This document shows positions 60,571 to 64,000 of a stretch of DNA of 64,000 nt, piece after piece; within the stretch, counting starts at the first letter, position 1, and each line of letters starts with the position of its first letter. The stretch covers positions 736,001 to 800,000 of the forward strand of contig CAWBOS010000012.1 of assembly GCA_963790475.1 (NCBI GenBank). The letters run 5' to 3'. Source of the stretch: an uncultured delta proteobacterium (GTDB lineage: Bacteria > Desulfobacterota > RBG-13-43-22). Below the pieces are notes generated by a model. It was given only the letters and a program-made list of their open reading frames with translations, was not told the origin of the DNA and did not search any database. Position numbers and translations under genes: made by a program.

Positions 60571-60839
60571 TGGTCAAGTCCTTTGATTGGAAAAGGTTTC
60601 TTACCGTTTACCGCTAAGTTCCAGTCGGCAATCAAATCTTCTTGATGAATTTCAATCCAGGCAACGACCAGCTTGTGTTTGTTAGGTGGCAGTTCACCAG
60701 CCAGAAGCGTTCCGTCAAGAATTGAATAGATAGCAACTGCCCCTTGGTAATCGGCATGTATGTGTGGCACATGGTGTTTCTCGATATCTCGAAAGAACAT
60801 CCGGATGAGAATCCCATAAAACATCGAGATGGTCGGCAT
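60567..60839 (-). CDS. DUF4160-domain protein (putative toxin)
   Basis: MPTISMFYGILIRMF, HHVPHIHADY and WIEIHQEDLIADW motifs; 4 bp overlap with partner. Confidence 0.85.
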   Translation of the reverse strand: MPTISMFYGILIRMFFRDIEKHHVPHIHADYQGAVAIYSILDGTLLAGELPPNKHKLVVAWIEIHQEDLIADWNLAVNGKKPFPIKGLDQ

Positions 60840-61203
60840 CTATTCTCCTTTTGATTAATTAAATAAGCCTCTAATCCTCTAACTTTATCATTTTATCCAA
60901 AACAATTCATCAAATATTATCAGGGCTTCTTGAACAATGGATTGAAACGACCTTTCAGGATCGTCTCAATCCTTAGTGGTTAGCTTGCGAACTTGATAAT
61001 TAATCATCCGCCTTTCTCTTCTCCGGAAACTTTTTATCAATGTCCCGACGAATGATTCCTTAATCCCCGCTTTCCCGGGCATGACACGTTTTAGGTATTT
61101 TGTTGCCGTTGTAATAAATGAGCCCTACGCCATCTTGCCTTTGTCTTGATTTCCTCTCTTATTACATAGTACAATTACCCGAAATTTTATAAAAAAGGAA
61201 CAT

Positions 61204-61980
61204 ATGTCAAAAATAAAAATCAGTGCTGAATTGTCGCATATTTGCCCGTTGACGGAGATCGTCCGGCAGGTCAGGGTTCTTGAAGACAAAGGATTTTATC
61301 GGGTCTGGGTCCCGGATACGATTGTATCACCCTGGGAGGCCTGGCTGGCGGCTTCTTTGATCGTCCAAAATACCACCAGGCTGAGAATCGGTCTTGGGGT
61401 GACCAATCCCTATACGCGTCATCCGGTGGTTATGGCCCAGATGGCTTGTACCCTTCAGACCTTGAGCCAGGGGAGATTAACCCTCTCTATCGGCAAAGGG
61501 ATAGCCCGTTTCCTGGAAAAGGCCGGGATAAGACAACATGAAAAGGCGGTTGAGGAATGTGTGACCATTATTCGTCACTTGATCAGCGGTGAGCGATTCA
61601 GCTTGGAAGGGGCGGCTTTTCATCTGGACGCCATCCGGTTAAGGACGGATCCACCGGAAAATAAAATTCCCATTTATCTGGCGGCCATCGGCCCCTCCGG
61701 TTGGGAAAAGGCCGCCCGGTTGGCCGACGGCGTTTCTACGATTTGGGGGGAAAAGATAAACGAGTTTCGTCATCAATACCTGGCAGGGAATCCGCTCCCG
61801 GTGGCGGTGCTGGTCCCCTTCTCTAAAACCAAGCCTGATTTTTTCCCGAATCAGCTTCAATCCGTCGAGATGCTGACAAGACGTGCGGCTGAACTGGAAG
61901 AGGCGGGCTTTGATGAAATCATCATCGCCTATGGGGACATGAAAGATCTGGAATTGGTCCCGAGCAGGTTCGGGGAATAG
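61204..61980 (+). CDS. LLM-class flavin-dependent oxidoreductase
   Basis: TTRLRIGLGVTNPYTRHP, SQGRLTLSIG and IPIYLAAIGP...ADG motifs. Confidence 0.88.
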   Translation: MSKIKISAELSHICPLTEIVRQVRVLEDKGFYRVWVPDTIVSPWEAWLAASLIVQNTTRLRIGLGVTNPYTRHPVVMAQMACTLQTLSQGRLTLSIGKGIARFLEKAGIRQHEKAVEECVTIIRHLISGERFSLEGAAFHLDAIRLRTDPPENKIPIYLAAIGPSGWEKAARLADGVSTIWGEKINEFRHQYLAGNPLPVAVLVPFSKTKPDFFPNQLQSVEMLTRRAAELEEAGFDEIIIAYGDMKDLELVPSRFGE

Positions 61981-62064
61981 CGATTTCAGTGACCGATTAG
62001 CTCTGTTGTTAATCCCGCCCCTTAGTGTAGTGTCTCAATGACAGGTTTACAATAGTCCCGATCT

Positions 62065-62129
62065 GTCATTCCGGCGAAATCAGGAATGCAGGTTGAAAGG
62101 ACTGGATTCCGGATCAAGTCCGGAATGAC
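62065..62129. repeat. REP-like palindromic element
   Basis: GTCATTCCGG...CTGGATTCCGGATCAAGTCCGGAATGAC. Confidence 0.7.
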
Positions 62130-62170
62130 GACCTTGGAAAGCGAATACTGTTACATTACGTTAGCTTGAT

Positions 62171-62213
62171 CGTCTTTCTTGACCTTGAACGAAATTGAAC
62201 GTTTTTCGAAGCC
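62171..62213. repeat. Partial copy of the 27.3 kb MITE-like element
   Basis: CGTCTT...TGACCTTGAAC.AAATTGAACGTTTTTC matches 27352..27390. Confidence 0.65.
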
Positions 62214-62323
62214 TTTGGTTTGTACGATAGAAGGACTTTTTCTGGTCGGTTCATTGATATTTGGCTTTTTCATGTTTATATTAAACAAATACGAATTCTA
62301 ATCGGTCGGAAGAGGGGCAGGGA

Positions 62324-63154
62324 ATGTCAAAAAAAGGAAAATCGGATAAGTTCGAAAACGGAGATTTCAAGATAGTCCAGGAACCCTTTTATCTCCCCCA
62401 GGGAAATGAGATAGCTATTTTTGAGGCGGCTCATAAGAACAAGCTCCCGGTCCTGCTTAATGGACCCACGGGAAGCGGTAAGACCCGGCTGGTCGAACAC
62501 ATGGCCTGGCGCCTGAATCTTCCCCTTTATACAGTGGCCTGCCATGACGACTTGAGCGCCAATGATCTGACCGGACGCTATATCATCAAGGGCGACGAAG
62601 TGGAATGGATAGACGGTCCGCTATTGATGGCCGTTCATGAAGGGGGTCTGGCCTATCTGGACGAAGTGGTGGAGGCCCGGAAGGACGTGACCGTGGTCAT
62701 CCACCCTCTGACCGATCACCGGCGGTGTCTGCCGGTGGAAAAACGGGGTAAAATTTTTCATGCCCCGGATGATTTTATGCTGGTCATCAGCTATAATCCC
62801 AATTACCAGAGCGTTCTCAAGGAATTGAAACCCAGCACCCGGCAGCGTTTCGTCTCCATCAACCTGGGCTGGCCGAGAGAGGATCTGGAAGTGCGCATCG
62901 TCAGCCAGGAGGCCGGGGTGGATGAGGCGACGGCTGAAAAGCTGGTCAAGGCGGCCAACCGGATACGGAATTTGGTCCACCAGGGGCTGGAAGAAGGCGT
63001 TTCCACGCGGGAGCTGGTCTATGCCGGAACCCTGCTCAGAAATGGATTGCCGGCCAGGGATTCCCTTCAGGCCACCATGATCGAACCCCTGACCTATGAC
63101 AGTGATCTGAAGAAAAGCATCGAAGAGGTGCTGAAAAATTATTTCAGTTTTTAA
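62324..63154 (+). CDS. CbbQ/NirQ/NorQ-family MoxR AAA+ ATPase
   Basis: GPTGSGKT, CHDDL, YLDEVVEAR, LKPSTRQRF and STRELVY motifs. Confidence 0.93.
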   Translation: MSKKGKSDKFENGDFKIVQEPFYLPQGNEIAIFEAAHKNKLPVLLNGPTGSGKTRLVEHMAWRLNLPLYTVACHDDLSANDLTGRYIIKGDEVEWIDGPLLMAVHEGGLAYLDEVVEARKDVTVVIHPLTDHRRCLPVEKRGKIFHAPDDFMLVISYNPNYQSVLKELKPSTRQRFVSINLGWPREDLEVRIVSQEAGVDEATAEKLVKAANRIRNLVHQGLEEGVSTRELVYAGTLLRNGLPARDSLQATMIEPLTYDSDLKKSIEEVLKNYFSF

Positions 63155-63179
63155 AACGCTCCAATGAAGACCTTTTATA

Positions 63180-63247
63180 GTCATTCCTGCGAAAGCAGGA
63201 ATCCAGTTATATAATTCTCTCTGGACCCCGGCTTTCGCCGAGGTGAC
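63180..63247. repeat. REP-like palindromic element
   Basis: GTCATTCCTGCGAAAGCAGGAATCCAG...CTGGACCCCGGCTTTCGCCGAGGTGAC. Confidence 0.7.
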
Positions 63248-63293
63248 AGAATTTATATATTCTATTTTTTGGAGTTCAACAATCACGAACATC

Positions 63294-64000
63294 ATGCCCC
63301 AGAACTCTTTAATAGACAGGGAAAAGCCAACGGCCGTCGATGAAGCTCGCGAAGACGAATTGATTGCCCGTTTTGGTGACGCCCTTTCCCCTTTGATCAA
63401 TCGCTTCGGCTACGAAGGGATCGATTCCATTGGCCTGCTGATGGCCCGGCTGAGACAGGCGGACCGCCAGGCGGCCCTGGCCCTGATGGAGAAGAGTCCT
63501 GCCCTTATCGAGGGCCTTCTTCCTTATGGAGAAGAACTGGTCCGGGAGGTTTTTGGTCTGGCCGATCAGTTGATTCCTCTCGGACCTCTTTGTGCCTTCA
63601 GATTTCTGGAGATGAGTCCCCGAATTCTGGAAAAGAGCGACTATGAAACGCTGGTCAAAACAACTGCCCTAATCGGCGAAATCGCCGCTGTCCATGAGGA
63701 TTTGGCGATGTGCCTGATGGGGCATAGTCCGGAGCTCATCGAGTCCGCCGGCTTTGCCGGGCTGGAAAAGTTGGCCCATTTCGGCGCGGCCATCGCCGGT
63801 TCAAGCCGGACCTACGCCTTGAAGACCATTGAAAACAGCCTCTCCATCATCCGACCCCTCCAAGAAATGGGCGGGATTCCCTTAGTCCACGCTGTCTTCA
63901 ACCTGGGGATAAAAATGGCCGCTGAGGATTGGAATTACGCTCTGGAATTTTTTGAAAAAAGCCCGGCCATTGTATCAAAACTCCAAGGCCAGGGAGCAGG
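63294..64000 (+). CDS. Alpha-helical repeat protein, runs off the window (probable NorD/CbbO-like partner)
   Basis: Frame open from ATG 63294 to the window end, with recurring A..L(M/F)E.SP.(I/L)(I/L) motif. Partner role inferred from the adjacent ATPase. Confidence 0.7.
   Translation, partial: MPQNSLIDREKPTAVDEAREDELIARFGDALSPLINRFGYEGIDSIGLLMARLRQADRQAALALMEKSPALIEGLLPYGEELVREVFGLADQLIPLGPLCAFRFLEMSPRILEKSDYETLVKTTALIGEIAAVHEDLAMCLMGHSPELIESAGFAGLEKLAHFGAAIAGSSRTYALKTIENSLSIIRPLQEMGGIPLVHAVFNLGIKMAAEDWNYALEFFEKSPAIVSKLQGQGA

Noticed and set aside
1-64000. tRNA (including selC), rRNA, integrase or intact transposase genes
   Set aside because: None was recognised by eye. The Sec machinery and any integron integrase would have to be elsewhere in the genome.

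Overview
Chromosomal window of about 50% GC. Gene content suggests an anaerobic Desulfobacterota-like (deltaproteobacterial) organism; this is inferred, not proven. Left to right it contains: a CoA-disulfide reductase-like gene; a B12-radical SAM gene; an SDR-acoX-acoABC-lpdA (acetoin/2-oxoacid dehydrogenase) operon; MscS; and a glgX fragment. Next comes a ~21 kb hydrogen-metabolism island (18.4-39.6 kb). It holds a Tat-exported group 1 [NiFe]-hydrogenase, a decayed metF/two-component module, and a cytoplasmic HoxYH hydrogenase wired to NuoE, a NuoF-GltD fusion and a NuoG-like subunit, preceded by DRTGG/kinase/PHP genes and sigma-54 promoters. After that are lemA-TPM, lipBA, a partly decayed osmotic/general-stress gene patch, an integrase-less integron-like cassette array with three toxin-antitoxin pairs, an LLM gene and a NorQ/CbbQ AAA+ ATPase. 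The top finding is that the periplasmic hydrogenase large subunit is one open frame interrupted only by an in-frame TGA. That TGA sits at the second Cys of the N-terminal RxCxxC motif (the Ni-Fe bridging ligand) and is followed by a SECIS-like hairpin, while the canonical [NiFeSe] position (DPU) is an ordinary Cys. This makes it a candidate non-canonical selenocysteine hydrogenase. Second, a sulfite-oxidase/MsrP-like gene occurs three times, each copy abutting attC-like sites, as if caught being turned into gene cassettes. Many genes carry single-base frameshifts that may be assembly errors. No rRNA, tRNA or CRISPR array was recognised.
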